DNA from: Octopus vulgaris
Taxonomy: Eukaryota
Reading direction: 5' to 3'
NCBI GenBank assembly: GCA_951406725.2
Contig: OX597815.1
Location: forward strand, 200,012,001 to 200,076,000
Length of the DNA stretch: 64,000 nucleotides
Below the pieces are notes generated by a model. That model worked only from the letters and a program-made list of their open reading frames with translations, ran no database searches and had not been told where the DNA came from. This document shows, one piece after another, positions 40,260 to 55,369 of the stretch. Position 1 is the first letter of the stretch, and every line of letters starts with the position of its first letter. The translations under genes and the position numbers were made by a program.

Positions 40260-40420
<161 letters not shown>

Positions 40421-40839
40421 ATAGTGTCACAATAAGGTATCGATTTTTGCTGGAAATAACAGTCGATAACCATTCGACATTAGGTAAAGCTTTACTGAAT
40501 ATATAGAGGGAAAGATGTGTTCGGTTGACAAACATAAAAAGATTTCATCTTAAACTCTAGAAGAACGCCAGTGAAATGGACAACCTAGAACTCGAATTTC
40601 GAACTTTTCAGATTACGTTTGTTGTTGTAAAACTGGTTGGTCCTCGTCGGCTAGGTCTACCGAAAAGATTAACATTAAGATATCCGCTTTACCAATGCTT
40701 GTATACTCGGCCCTCAGCCATAAACAAAACCGAGATCAGTGGAAAAGATTTATATAAAAGTTATAAATACTATTTCAACACAATAGTATTATTTTCCAGC
40801 GAAATAAAACGCCATAAAGGTAGAATTATATGTATGCAT

Positions 40840-41157
40840 GTGGAGGTGCAATGGCCCAGGAGTTAGGACAGCGGAGTCTTGGTCGGAGGATCGCGGTTTC
40901 GATTCCCAGACCGGGCATTGTGTGTGTTTATTGAGCGAAAACACCTAAAGCTCCACGAGACTCCAGCAGGGGATGGTGGTGACCCCTGTTGTACTTTTTC
41001 GCTCCAACTTTCTCTCACTCTTTCTTCCTGTTTCTTGAGTAACGCTGCGATGGACTGGCGTCCCGTCCAGCTGGCGGCGGGGGAGGGGGGACACATAAGC
41101 CATAGAAACAGGGAAACCGGGCACATGAGCCTGGCTAGGCTTGAAAAGGGCACATAA
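40840..41157 (+). mobile_element. SINE head B with tail module iii
   Basis: Tail gctgcgatggactggcgtcccgtccagc...gccatagaaacagggaaaccggg, partly shared with 50230-50469. Confidence 0.85.
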
Positions 41158-41193
41158 GTAAAAAAAATGTATGTATGTGTGTATATATGTATG

Positions 41194-41227
<34 letters not shown>

Positions 41228-41697
41228 TGTATGTATATATGTATGTATGTATTCATGTGTGTGTCTGTGTTTGTGTGCGCGTCCGTGTGTATGTTTGTGT
41301 CTGTATGTGCGCCCGCGTGTGTGTTTGTGTCTGTGTTTGTCCCGTCCACTGCTTGATAAATTTGTTGGTGTGTTTACATGTCACTAACCTAGCGGTTCGG
41401 CAAAAGTAATCGAGAGAATAAGTACCAGGATTAGAACAATATAAAACAGCGGGATCGATTTCGTCCGACTTAAAATTCAAGGAATTTAATGACCGAAATA
41501 AACAAAGGATAAAACATGAAAGTTAGCTGACATAGCGAGTTCGAACTACTGCAAGACCATGGTTCGTTTGAGCAATAGGCTCACCAATTATGACCGGTCT
41601 GTGTGTGCAAATCAATTCGTTCATTCTCTGTCGATTCGTGTCATTGACCGCAGTTGGAAGTCTCCTGTTGCGTGATTTAATTCTTTTTTCTTTCTAG

Positions 41698-41959
41698 CGG
41701 TGTCATTTTCGTAAACAACCTATATCTTTCTGTGGATGCTGTAGAAGATGCAGTACTTCATCATGAACTCAAGAAACAAGCACGTTGCTTCTGCTTCGAA
41801 CCCATTATTTTGCTCTGATACGCAAGAGCAGGAAGAAGAGGAATTACTGGAGGGGAAGAATTTTAGTCTACGAGCACGTGTAATTTGAACGAATTTTGTC
41901 AGTTAATAAAACAGTTGTGCCCACTTTTGCGTCGCTTTGGGGACATCGTTAGTGGGCGC
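41698..41959 (+). other. Candidate exon (probably non-coding/UTR)
   Basis: Acceptor ttcttttttctttctag and donor C|gtaagt bound unique sequence. Only a 46-codon internal ORF. Confidence 0.3.
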
Positions 41960-41981
41960 GTAAGTATATGCACATACACAG

Positions 41982-42020
<39 letters not shown>

Positions 42021-42210
42021 CGCTCACGCAAGAACACGCGTGCACACACGCATATACGACAACGTGTGTTTAACGATATCGGATAATCTCCTCGATACAG
42101 TGATACAGTTTTATACACATACATATATACAAGTATACTTACATATCTACATTTATATACACACATATATACAGATATGTGTTTCTGTATATATATATAT
42201 ATATATATAC

Positions 42211-42262
<52 letters not shown>

Positions 42263-42441
42263 ATATCCAGATTCTCCTTTAAGCATTTACTAATAAAACC
42301 TAGTGCTCCAATTATTATTGGTATGAATATGAATTCATAATCTGGTTATAAAAGCTGGAGGTTTCGAAGCAGTTGTCGATAGATATCCTCTTTTTCTTTG
42401 ATTTTTATAAAGATACTTATATCTGCAGGGAGGCTTACTCC

Positions 42442-42531
42442 TATGTATGTATGTATGTATGTATGTATGTATGTATGTATGTATGTATGTATGTATGTAT
42501 GTATGTATGTATGTATGTATGTATGTGTCTG

Positions 42532-42619
<88 letters not shown>

Positions 42620-42620
42620 A
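42442..42620. repeat. (TATG)n(CTAT)n
   Basis: Direct inspection. Confidence 0.95.
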
Positions 42621-43287
42621 GTATATCTGTACCAAAATGGAGAAAGCTGCTTATTAATTAGGTATGCAACAATCACTAAAAGTATTAAAAGAAAGCAACT
42701 ATTAAAAAGTTGACCGTCTGGAAATATTTTTATAAATTCATATTCTAAGAAATTTCCTATAATTATGATTTCTCAAGTTTCTTGAAATTTTTAAATTCCA
42801 ATTTCTAGCAAATTTAAATATTCATTGCATTCACTACGTCCAGTTCACAAATTAAAATATTCTTTACATTCACTGCAGAGTATTCCATCCTCATTTGCAA
42901 AGTCTCTCACTTTCTCTTTTAAGTTTCAGTCGCTATTTAGAAAACCGACTGTTTAGTCTATTAACGTAATATATTATTTATTATTCTATTAATACACTAT
43001 CTAAGCGGTATTTGTAGAAAATTTTGCTAAAAGTATCCATTTCTCTGGATGCCATAAAGCAACAAAGATGGGGGCATATACATCTGGAGTATGCCCTTTT
43101 ATTTTTCCTGTTTATTTCATTCATATATATGTTCTCCCCCCTCTCTCACACACAATACAAAGCTTACAGAAGGGACGCTGAACTGAAATCTCTGTTGCTT
43201 TGAGGAGAAGTCAAGACTTGACAAACTGCTTCTCCCTCTGTTATGGACTACAATGATGTTTGTTAAAAAAAGGGACATATATATTGA

Positions 43288-43347
<60 letters not shown>

Positions 43348-43352
43348 TATAT

Positions 43353-43411
<59 letters not shown>

Positions 43412-43842
43412 TCAATACAGTTTGATTCAAATTCATGGGTATGTTTGAGTTTAAAGCGCTATGCTATTCTTCCAATTAAAAATGGCTGACGATTAGCATC
43501 GCTCTTAAAACTCAAGAGTACCAAGGAATTTGAATCAAACTGTTTTGATCCAAACATGTCACTCTCAATAAATTGGTTCAGTAGCCTTGCCTTCCCCACA
43601 CCCCAACACCACCACACCACACATCACCACCCCACACACCACCACCCTACGCACCACATCACACCACACTACACACCACCACACCAAATACCAACATGCA
43701 CACACGTACACGTCCAGTTCGCCAGCCCCCTTCCACATGCACGTACACCCTCTCACATGCACACGCACACCTTCGTTTTGGGATCACCACTACTTTATTA
43801 TCTCCTCTTCTTCCTAGCTCTCATGTGTGACCCCTCTGTCCG

Positions 43843-44034
43843 CCATTCGCCATGATAGATCGCAAGTCACTAAAACATTTTCTATTTTCTCTCCCTGTTT
43901 ATTTCTGTGTTCCTTTCTGCCGAAGAGCGTAGGCTCGAAACCTAAAAGACTTTCTCACTTCCCGACCGTTAAGCTAATAAATGTGTTTGTTGTTTACACA
44001 CCCGTCTTCGTCTTTTGTTTTTTTTTGTAAATTC

Positions 44035-44040
<6 letters not shown>
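43843..44040 (+). mobile_element. ~200-nt element with variant minimal hammerhead (family H)
   Basis: Homologous end to end with 61399-61604. Motif cttt-CTGccGA-a-gagc-gtag-gctc-GAAA-cc-TA-aaag at 43913-43948. Ends at (TA)n. Confidence 0.72.
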
Positions 44041-44078
<38 letters not shown>

Positions 44079-44813
44079 GACATATATATACACATATATG
44101 TATGTATATTTACACACACACACCTATATATATATATGTTACATTCACATACGCAAAGACTTATACACATGCTTGCATTTATATATGTATGTGTGCATAT
44201 ATACATATGTATATATGTGTGTGTATGCATATATATATATATATATACGCATGCACGTATAAATGCAGATATGTGTATAAATCTTTGCGTATGTATATAG
44301 CTGTGTGTAGCAACAATTTTTTTTGTCATCAATAGAAGGAAAACGTTTTCCTAATGGAGAATAAGCGCTCAGTCACTGAAGTGTAGATAAGAAAACAGTG
44401 ACGGATTACATGTTGAAAATCGGAAAAGTCTTGCATATTTTAACTGTTTTATTGATTGTAGTTGTAAAGTGCATATTGGCGTGTATACATGTATGTATTT
44501 ACATATATGCCTGCATGTAGTACGCTGGCGTTTTGTGTTTGTGTGTACGTTGGTTTGTGTATGAATGTTTTTCTATGTGTGAGAATGTGTGTAGAACATT
44601 CTGATGTCGAATTGCATGTAATATATATATATAAAAATAAAAACAGGAAAAAAAACCGCAAAAAATAAAAAGAAAGCATAAAACAGAAATAGCAACACTA
44701 AGAAATAGTAAATATTTTTAAATGTAAGAAGAAGAAGAAGAAGAAGAAGAGGGGCATAGCAACAACAACCGCTGCTACTGTTGCTGCTGCTGCTATTACT
44801 CTTACTACTACAC

Positions 44814-44884
<71 letters not shown>

Positions 44885-45975
44885 ACTACTACTACTACAT
44901 TGATCTTTTTTCTTTTAGCTGTTAGTAAATAGCAACTTTAGACATAATAGGTCAATAAGTTGAAATTTTCTCATCTCTATCAGTCGTTTACTTCCTATCA
45001 CACACACACACACCCTAACTCTCCTTTCTCTATCTCTCTCCTTCCTCGCGCTCCTCCTCTCTCTCCATCTATTCTTCGATGTCTACTTTCATTTCCCTCT
45101 CACTCTCATCCATCACGCCTTCTACCTCTCTCCCGTCTCTCCCCCTCTCTGTCTGTCTCTCTGTCTTTCTCTGTCTCTCACTCACAGAGTTTCTTCCTTC
45201 CCTCCTCTCTTCCTATTATAATCGATTCTTATACCTTGATGTCTGTTTCGATTCAGCTCTCTCTCATCCATCACATTCTCCATCTGTCTGCATCTCTCCC
45301 AACTTCCCTCTCTCTCTCTCATTCTCTCTCTTTCAAACTTTTCTTTTCTAAATGTTTCTTTCTAAATCTCTCTCTCACTCCTCTTACTCTCTCTTTCTCT
45401 TTTTCACTCCCACTGTCTCTCTTCCATCTAGAAATCGCTTTTATTCTAACCTATCACAACCTGACCCCCTCCTTTCTTCACATTCTCTTTCTATTCTACT
45501 TCACTGCTTCCGTTTCGCTCACACTCTCGCATCCACCTCTCTCACACTCATCTATCTTTCTCACACTCTTGCTCCCCCCCACTCTCTCTCATTTGTGTCT
45601 CACACTCTCTACTCACACCTGTCCCTCTATCATATATTTGTATACGTCTGCGTTTTTATTGCATGCGACGATTGAATAATATCACAGTGATATTTCATTT
45701 GCTTATCGTTGCTTCATCATTTAGCCTTCACCTCGAACACCTTCGACACACATACTCGCCGCCGCCGCACTACTATCGTTCTCTGTCTTTCCGCTCATGT
45801 ATTATTGGTGTATCGAGTTATCTAGTGAGCTGGTGTCAACACTAACTTGTCTATTGATAATTGCATTTGCTAGAGAATTATCGCAAAACTTTAAATTCTG
45901 CCGCTGTCTTGCTGCATTGGTTAATTAATCAACATGCAGTTCCTTTTTGCTCACAGAACCGCCTTTGTATTTTTT

Positions 45976-46604
45976 TACTCTTTTACTCTTTTACTTGTTT
46001 CAGTCATTTTGACTGCGGCCATGCTTGAGCACCGCCTTTAGTCGAGCAAATCGACCCCGGGACTTATTCTTTGTAAGCCCAGTACTTATTCTATCGGTCT
46101 CTTGTGCCGAACCGCTAAGTGACGGGGACGTAAACACACCAGCATCGGTTGTCAAGCAATGCTAAGGGGACAAATCCAGACACACAAACACACACAAGCC
46201 TTCCCTTCTTTCCTGAGCGTCAAATAATACTTTAATTGTTCCACGTCCTCGCGTTGCTGTGTTTTTTCTGTGTTTTCTTGTTTGGATTAACTATATATAT
46301 ATATAATTAATCAATATAGGGTGGCAAAAAAAAAATTTTGTAGAATTCTTTTGCCACCAGCGGCCTAGTAGGAAAAAATTAAAATAGTCATAGACCATTT
46401 TTAAGTTCAACATCAACAATAAAGGAACGGCCATAATAGGCCATTCACCTACTAGAAATAACAGCCAAAGCTTCAACCGCAAATAAAAGTTAATTCAGTA
46501 AACCAGGAGAAAATTTAAAAACATTTACCCATTTTATTTGCGGTTGAAGCTTTGGCTGTTATTTCTAGTAGGTGAATGGCCTATTATGGCCGTTCCTTTA
46601 TTGT

Positions 46605-46665
<61 letters not shown>

Positions 46666-46830
46666 TACGACAGGCTTCTTTCAGTTTCCGTCTACCAAAT
46701 CCACTCACAAGGCATTGGTCGGCCCGGGGCTATAGCAGAAGACACTTGCCCAAGATGCCACGCAGTGGGACTGAACCCGGAACCATGTGGTTGGTTAGCA
46801 AGCTACTTACCACACAGCCACTCCTGCGCC
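45976..46830 (-). mobile_element. SINE type A split by insertions in its internal microsatellite
   Basis: 3' half at 45976-46196, 5' half at 46660-46830, foreign sequence at 46197-46608. Confidence 0.88.
46412..46608. repeat. Perfect ~77-bp inverted repeat inside a (TA)n-flanked insert
   Basis: 46412-46488 is the reverse complement of 46532-46608, which explains the identical ORF starts MRLKLWLLFLVGEWPIMAVPLLL on both strands. Confidence 0.92.
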
Positions 46831-47014
46831 TATTATTCTATTCTATTTTGTTTTGTTTTGCTGTTTGGCCCCCGTTCTATAAAACTGACTTTAAACACAT
46901 ACTTTCACAACGTACTGGTATACACATACATACTCACACATACTTTATATCTCTATCACGCTTCTCTCACTCTCTCTCTCTCTCTCTCTATCTCTCTCAC
47001 ACACATACATATAT

Positions 47015-47200
47015 ATTTCTTTACTGCCCACAAGGGGCTAAACATAGAGGAGACAAACAAGGACAGACAAAAGGAGTAAGTCGATTACATCGACCCCAGT
47101 GCGAAACTGGTACTTTATTTATCGACCCCGAAAGGATGAAAGGTAAAGTCGACCTCGGCGGAATTTGAACTCAGAACGTAACGTGCTAACGTTTCTGCCA
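47015..47200 (-). mobile_element. SINE type C (internal deletion)
   Basis: tatttctttactgcccacaaggggctaaac...gtcgacctcggcggaatttgaactcagaacg. Confidence 0.85.
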
Positions 47201-47228
47201 TATGTTTACTAAGAGTTTGACTCAGTTC

Positions 47229-47282
47229 CACATGACTCGAGGTTTTGTGGACATGGAGGACACGTCCACCTCATCAGGTCTG
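47229..47282 (-). ncRNA. Decayed hammerhead
   Basis: CTGATGA-g-gtggac..gtccac-aaaa-cctcgag-TC. 6-bp stem II; GAAA and stem I are damaged. Confidence 0.5.
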
Positions 47283-47786
47283 CGCATCTTCGAAACTTTA
47301 AGTCAATGTGGAACTGAATCAAACTGTTATAAAATACATATAACGCCAGATAAATGTATTGAGTGCTACTTTCTTTCCTTTGTCCACTGACTCGTTTATG
47401 TGGGTGTTTGAATATATATGTATTTATATGTGTATCTGCGCATGTGTGTGCGTGTGTGTGTGTGTAGATAGATATAGATAGATACATATAGTACACACAC
47501 ATGCACACACACACACACAAGAACAAACATTACATGTCATATTGGCGAGACATTCAGTCAAATATATATATAAAAAAAAAGGTACTCAATGCTCTCGGAA
47601 TGGAATAATAGGTGAGAGCGTGTGTGAATCGTTATATAGATTTTCTTTCTTTCTTGCTCTGATACGAAGGCTTTTGAGGAGCAGGAACGACAAACTCAGA
47701 GTAATGACATATACAGACTTACCTTTGAATGAATATTCAATGCCCGTGCGTACGTGTGTATGTGTCCGTCTGTCTGTCTGTCTGTC

Positions 47787-47882
<96 letters not shown>

Positions 47883-47884
<2 letters not shown>

Positions 47885-48217
47885 TGAAGGCGCATGGCTC
47901 AGTGGTTAGAGCGTCGAGCTTACGATCGTGAGGTTGTGAGCTCAAATCCCAGACCGGGCTGCGTGTTGTGTTCTTGAGCAAGGCACTTTATTTCACGTTG
48001 CTCCAGTTCACTCAGCTGTAGAAATGAGTTGCGACGTCACAGGTGCCAAGCTGTATCGACCTTTGTCTTTCCCTTGGATAACACTGGTGGCGTGGAGAGG
48101 GGAGGTTGGTATGCATGGGCGACTGCTGGTCTTCCATAAACAACCTTGCCCGGACTTGTGTCTAGGAGGGTAACTTTCTAGGTGCAATCCCATGGTCATT
48201 CATGACCGAAGGGGGTC
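47883..48217 (+). mobile_element. SINE head type D with its own tail (module iv)
   Basis: A box tggctcagtgg, B-box-like gagctcaaatccc, CORE-like gtgttcttgagcaaggcactttat...cactcagctgta. Confidence 0.82.
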
Positions 48218-48366
48218 TATCTCTATCTATATATATATATATGTATATACATACATACATACATACATACATACATGCATACATACATACATACATACAT
48301 ACATACATACATACATACATACATACATACATACATACATACATGCATACATACATACATATATAT

Positions 48367-48642
48367 AAGCCTTGTGAGTGGATTTGGTCGACGGAAACTG
48401 AAAGAAACCCGTCGTATGTATATATATATATGTATGTGTGTCTGTATTTGTCCCCCTCCCCCAATATCGTTTGGCAACCGATGCTGGTGGGTTTACGTCC
48501 CTGTAACTTAGCGGTTCGGCAAAAGAGATCGATACAATAAGTACTAGGCTTGCAAAGAATAAGTGCTGGTGTCGATTTGCTCGACTAAAAAGGCGGTACT
48601 CCAGCATGGCCACAGTCAAATGACTGAAACTAGTAAAAGAGT
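48367..48642 (+). mobile_element. SINE type A, 5'-truncated
   Basis: Starts at aagccttgtgagtggatttgg and has an intact tail. Confidence 0.85.
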
Positions 48643-48778
48643 ATATATATATATATATCAATGAATGCGTCAATGAGTATTTATGTTTATATACGTATAT
48701 ACATCCTGATCGAAGATTTTATATATACATTCATGATTACGTACACACTCGTGCACATTCACACACACAAAGGCACAC

Positions 48779-48817
<39 letters not shown>

Positions 48818-48987
48818 TGTATATGTTAGGTTACAACGGAACGTCCAATCAATAATTCTTTGTTCTTTTACCTTCTTTGTTTTTCGTCGACTTTATTTAC
48901 CTTCATCAGGTTTCTGATAATGCTATGGATCGATTTCAAGATAAATTGATTAGAGCTCTTAGATATTCATCTCTAGCGTAGTGGCAA

Positions 48988-49056
<69 letters not shown>

Positions 49057-49155
49057 GCAATTCAATATACATGCATATAGCAAGCGAATGACACAATCCA
49101 CATATATATACATACATACTTTTATATATATACATATATACACATATATATAGAC

Positions 49156-49197
<42 letters not shown>

Positions 49198-49243
49198 TAG
49201 ACATATATATAGACATATATAAATATATATTTATATATATATA

Positions 49244-49278
<35 letters not shown>

Positions 49279-49336
49279 CATATATACATAGATGTATATA
49301 CATTAATCCACGCACACATTCGAGCACATACATACA

Positions 49337-49374
<38 letters not shown>

Positions 49375-49554
49375 AATGATCATATAATATATGTTTGGGT
49401 ATATAAAGAATTAAATAAATACATAACAAATGAGTATTGGAGGGTGTTAATTTCCGGTTCAGCTAGGAGAAAGAAAATAAAGAAAACGTAGCCTGTTGCT
49501 GTTGTTGTTGTCGTCGTCGAAGATGGTGATGACGATGATGATGATGATGATGAC

Positions 49555-49585
<31 letters not shown>

Positions 49586-50020
49586 GTGGTGTTGTTTATT
49601 CCTAAGAGAATAAAGATCGAAATGACGTCTGGAGAATGAAAAAAAAAAAGAAGAAAAGAAGTTTCGGCAAGGCCCGTCCCATTTCTTTGTGGAATGTGTC
49701 TTTGATGGTTATGTTTGATATGTTCTATTTTTACCTTTTTTTTTTCAAGATGGCTGGTTGTAATTTATAGAAGATTAGTTAGTTAGTTAGCTGGTTGCAT
49801 ATGGAAAAAAAAACAAAAAAAAAACAAACAAACAAAAACCTGTTGAGTAACTTAAAGGACAATCCAGACATTGAATTTATTTCCATTTCTTAAAGGCCAG
49901 AGAGAGAAAAAAACAACAACATTTTGTTGACCACAGCTATAGAATGAATGTGATTGGTTTGAGCAATGGACATCTGAGTGAAATATACCTGGAAACTGGA
50001 AATCTTCGTCGTGCGCATGC

Positions 50021-50067
<47 letters not shown>

Positions 50068-50229
50068 ATAAATGTAAAAAAACACAAACTGGGACAAGAA
50101 CGCAAAACATTTAGAAGACGATACAAAAAAAACAGACGGGACATTCGAAGCCTTCGATCTTCAGTCAAAAACCGGATCATCTTCGCAATATACATATATA
50201 TGTATATATATGTGTGTGTGTGTGTGTGT

Positions 50230-50469
50230 GTGGATGCGCAATGGCCCAGTGGTTAGGGCAGCGGATTCGCGTTCGGAAGATCGCGGTTTCGATTCCCAGA
50301 CGGGTGTTGTGTGTGTTTATTGAGCGAAAACACCTAAAAGCTCCACGAGGCTCCGGCAGGGGTGTGGGGGTGGCGACCCCTGTTGTTCTCTTTCACCCCA
50401 ACTTTCTCCTAGCGTCCCGTACAACTAGGAGAAAACACATGCCATAGAAACCGGGAAACCGGGCGCATA
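50230..50469 (+). mobile_element. SINE head B with shortened tail iii
   Basis: Match to 40840-41157. Confidence 0.8.
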
Positions 50470-50537
50470 AATAAATAATATATATATTCTTATGTATTTA
50501 TTTATATTTATGTATGTGTATATGTGTATACATATAT

Positions 50538-50840
50538 GGCGTGGCTGTGTGGCAAGAAGCTTGCTTTTCCCAACCCCATGGTTCCGGGTTCAGTCCCGCT
50601 ACGTCGCACCCTGGGCAAGCGTCCTCTACTATAGCTTCGGTCCAACCAAAGACTTGTGAGTGGATTTGGTAGACAGAAACTGAAAGAAGCCTGTCGTATA
50701 TATGTATATGTATATATATGTATGCGTGTGTTTGTGTGTCTGTGTTTGTACCCTCCAACATCACTCGATAACCGATGCTGGTGTGTTTATGTCCCTGCAA
50801 CTTAGCGGTTCGGCATAAGAGACCGATAGAATAAGTACTT
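50538..50840 (+). mobile_element. SINE type A, 3'-truncated
   Basis: Head through gatagaataagtact. Confidence 0.85.
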
Positions 50841-51125
50841 GAAAGAAGTCCGTCGCTTGACCACTAGATCCACAAGAGTTTTTTTTATTTCTATTCTCTC
50901 TCTGTTTATCTTCACTAATTCCTATCTGTTAAAGAGTGTAGGCTCCAGACTTAAAAGACTTTCTCACTTTCCCTGCGTGTTCATATAAATGATAATACCC
51001 AAGTATAAGGAGGTACTACAAATAAATGTCAGACATTTATTTTTATGTCAGACATTTATCTTAACGAAGCTAACAGGTTAATCGCGACTCCAGCACATGT
51101 CCTGGCACTGTCAACCTATATAGTA

Positions 51126-51538
51126 GGCGCAGGAGTGGCTGTGTGGTAAGTAGCTTGCTTACCAACCACATGGTTCCGGGTTCACTACCACTGCGTGGCA
51201 CCTTGGGCAAGTGTCTTCTACTATAGTCTCGGGCCGACCAAAGCCTTGTGAGTGGATTTGGTAGACGGAAACTGAAAGAAGCCCGTCGAATATATGTATA
51301 TGTATATGTGTATATATGTTTGTGTGTCTGTGTTTGTCCCCCCCCCCCAACATCGCTTGACAACCGATGCTGGTGTGTTTATGTCCCTGCAACTTAGCGG
51401 TTCGGCATAAGAGACCGATAGAATAAGTATTAAGCTTACAAAGAATAAGTCCTAGGGTCGATTTGCTCGACTAAACGCGGTGCTCCAGCATGGCCGCAGT
51501 CAAATGACTGAAACAAATAAAAGAGTAAAAAGAGAGTA
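51126..51538 (+). mobile_element. SINE type A
   Basis: Full-length match. Confidence 0.9.
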
Positions 51539-52155
51539 TATCGCTGGTGGGGAGTTGTATCTCCTGCTGTCTCTAGCAGCTGAGTGTCCATCATAGTCAA
51601 GACGAAATAAGATCGAATTAACGTGATCTGGTTGTCTTGGGGCTAGACGTAACAGGGTATTTATCTCCCTGCTAACGATATAAAAAAGTGCGCATTTTGC
51701 ACCTAAAATCCAATATGAGAGTTTCTCTCGTAGTAACTATAGCAGTAAAGGTTGTTCTAATAAAACAACTACGTTCAAGTGGATATAAATATTACATCTT
51801 GGTACTAATACTGCTTCTGTTGTTGATATATATTTTGTATTCAAAGTGTAAGTTCATTAGAATAGAATAAAATTTTAAGTTATCTCTAGATTCAACAAGC
51901 GGATCAAGATAAAAAAAAAATAAAGTAAAATAGATAAAAATGAGGTAAATAAAGTAGAGTAAATAAATAGATTAAATAAATAAATAAATAAATGAATAAA
52001 TAAATAAAGTAAATATAAGTCTTTAATTTAATTGATATTTAATTTAAATAGGTAATATATAAATTATAAGCTTGGTGAAGACTAAAAATATAAGTGGTCG
52101 CTATAGAAATTAAGTGTTGTATGACGAGGTAAGCCAAGAATAAAATAAAATAAGG

Positions 52156-52237
<82 letters not shown>

Positions 52238-52382
52238 CGCATTTAATAAAATAATTTTGTGTCATATCTCAGCTATGTTTCAGTGAAAGTAATGTGTAAA
52301 AGAGGGACTTGGTGTATATACAAATGACATTACGTCATCAGACATTATTTCATCCGTATTCTCTCTCTGTATCTCTCACTGT

Positions 52383-53095
<713 letters not shown>

Positions 53096-53139
53096 GGTAA
53101 ATGAAAGACGGAAGATAGAATATACGAGGATTTTTATTA

Positions 53140-53245
53140 ATCACGACAATTGTTTCGACACATCTAGCATCGATCCCTCACGGGTGGGACACTTAGCAAC
53201 GGATTCAGGAGTATCCGGCAGTGCAGATGTGTCTCATCAGGTGAT
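53140..53245 (-). ncRNA. Type I hammerhead ribozyme, canonical core
   Basis: atcac-CTGATGA-gacacatct[~59 nt]agatgtgtc-GAAA-caattg-TC-gtgat. 5-bp stem I, 9-bp stem II, palindromic stem III, GUC site. Lies in element 53096-53437 flanked by (TA)n. Confidence 0.9.
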
Positions 53246-53434
53246 GAATAGATATAACTCGTTAAAAATAACAGTTCCGCAATCTACCTTCTCATTTTAT
53301 AAAAAGAAAAGCAGCAAAACGAAGTAAATATCTTCAATTATATAGATCAAAACTCAAATCATATCACAAATGTAAAAATGAAACGAATACGCAATTCAGT
53401 GAGGAAAATATGAAAAATAACTATTTACAGATAA

Positions 53435-53499
<65 letters not shown>

Positions 53500-53503
53500 T
53501 ATA

Positions 53504-53683
53504 TCACACTGACCGACCAGGCTATCAGATGTTGCTACACATCGCTGGTCACAATGCACTTCGCATTGTTTTAGCCTTCAAATGACGCCACCCCGCTGGC
53601 TAAGTGAGCAGGCAAACAGAAGGAAGAGTGAGAGAAAGTTGCGGCGAAAGAGTACAGTAGGGATCACCACCAACCCCTACTGG
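53504..53683 (-). mobile_element. SINE B, 5'-truncated, tail module ii
   Basis: Reverse complement of 21360-21540. Confidence 0.85.
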
Positions 53684-53814
53684 TAGATTTTGCACAGTAG
53701 TGCTGTATGCCTCATTGTACCTTGGGTTGTGAGTTGATATATACGGTATTGTAAAATTAAGTACTGCGTTTGCTCGGCCATAGTCTAAAGACTGAACGAA
53801 ATAAAAGATAAATG

Positions 53815-53870
<56 letters not shown>

Positions 53871-54503
53871 TTATAGGTAAGTGGGTAGACATAAACATGC
53901 TGAGAGAGAGAGGGAGAGAGAGTGTTTGCGTGTGTGAGAAAGAGTAAGAGAAAGAGAGAGAGAGAGTAAATGGGAGAGAGAGAAAATGGGAGAGCGGGAG
54001 AAAAAGGAAAGGAAAATGGGAGAGTGACAAGGAGAACGGGTGAGCAAGGGGGGGAATGGCAGAGAAACAGTGTGTGAGAAATAGTTAGAGAGAGATAGAG
54101 ATAGTTAGATAGATAGATAGATAGAGAGAGAGAGTGCGAGAGAGAGAGATTGCGAGAGAGTGACAGAGAGAGAGAGACAGACAAAGAAATAGTGATAGAT
54201 AGATGGCGATAGATAGATAGAGATATAGATAGATAAAGAGAAAGAGAGAGTGAATGAGACAAAGAGTCCTTACTACGACGTTAAACTAGTCGAAAAGCCA
54301 AAATGTTCCAGATGCATGTAATCTATACTTGCAATTATAAATGATGAATGTTGTTAGAAAATTGATCATGTAACTTTCATAACAGGGAATAGAGATACCA
54401 CTTGCTTATGATACACATGTGTATACCACATTGTTGCCCTTTAGCCTCTGATCAGCATAAATATAATTAAAGGCGCTCCATCTATCTCTGACTATACCGT
54501 CTT

Positions 54504-54662
<159 letters not shown>

Positions 54663-55369
54663 GACCTAATGTTCCCAGAGCAGGAATTTTTTTTCTCTAT
54701 ACTTTCCCGAAGGTAAAGTTTAATATGGGTGATATTGGGTATTAAATTCTTGCAGATTCAGCAACTGTCTATATACTTCTGCTTTGGATTTTAGTGCGTA
54801 ATATGTACGAGACTGACTGCACGAACAGGAAATCTTTATGCAGTGTTTCAGGTGAAAGTTAATTTGGAGATGATCCCTTGGTAAATTTTAAACATAGCGT
54901 GCCAATTAGTGAAGCTCTCATTCATTGAACAGTACCGATAAAACGTGCAGCTGTTAAGCTAATCGTTTGCCCGGTGGCCACAATTACTCATTTATCGAAC
55001 AGTGCTTACGTTACTTAGAGCAGATAGCTAAACTTGTTCATGTAAAAATCAAGATACTTCGGAAACTGATGGTGATCTAATTCAGTAACTTTATATAATG
55101 AAATTCATGAGATTGGATAAGATCGTATGAGCCGAAGAAAGAAGAGAGGGGTGTGAAGATTCGAAGCGAACCGCCAGTCTTGGTACTTGAGATTCGGTTT
55201 CCCAGATACTCATGAATTCACACACATGCGCGAACACGAGTAATAAGCAGTGGTTACAAATTAAATATTCAGTGAAAACAAGATGCAGGTCCATATGTAC
55301 TCACATGCTCTTGTAGGAATAGTAGCTAAATAACACTGCATCTGTCTTAAATAATATGAAATGAGTTTA

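Noticed and set aside
47883-47955. tRNA-like sequences at SINE heads
   Set aside because: A/B boxes are present but continue into repeated SINE bodies, with no convincing full cloverleaf or terminator.
48923-48981. Possible hammerhead (GAAA-tcga-TC with ctacg/catag stem I) on the minus strand
   Set aside because: The core reads ctagaga and stem II does not pair; too decayed to call.
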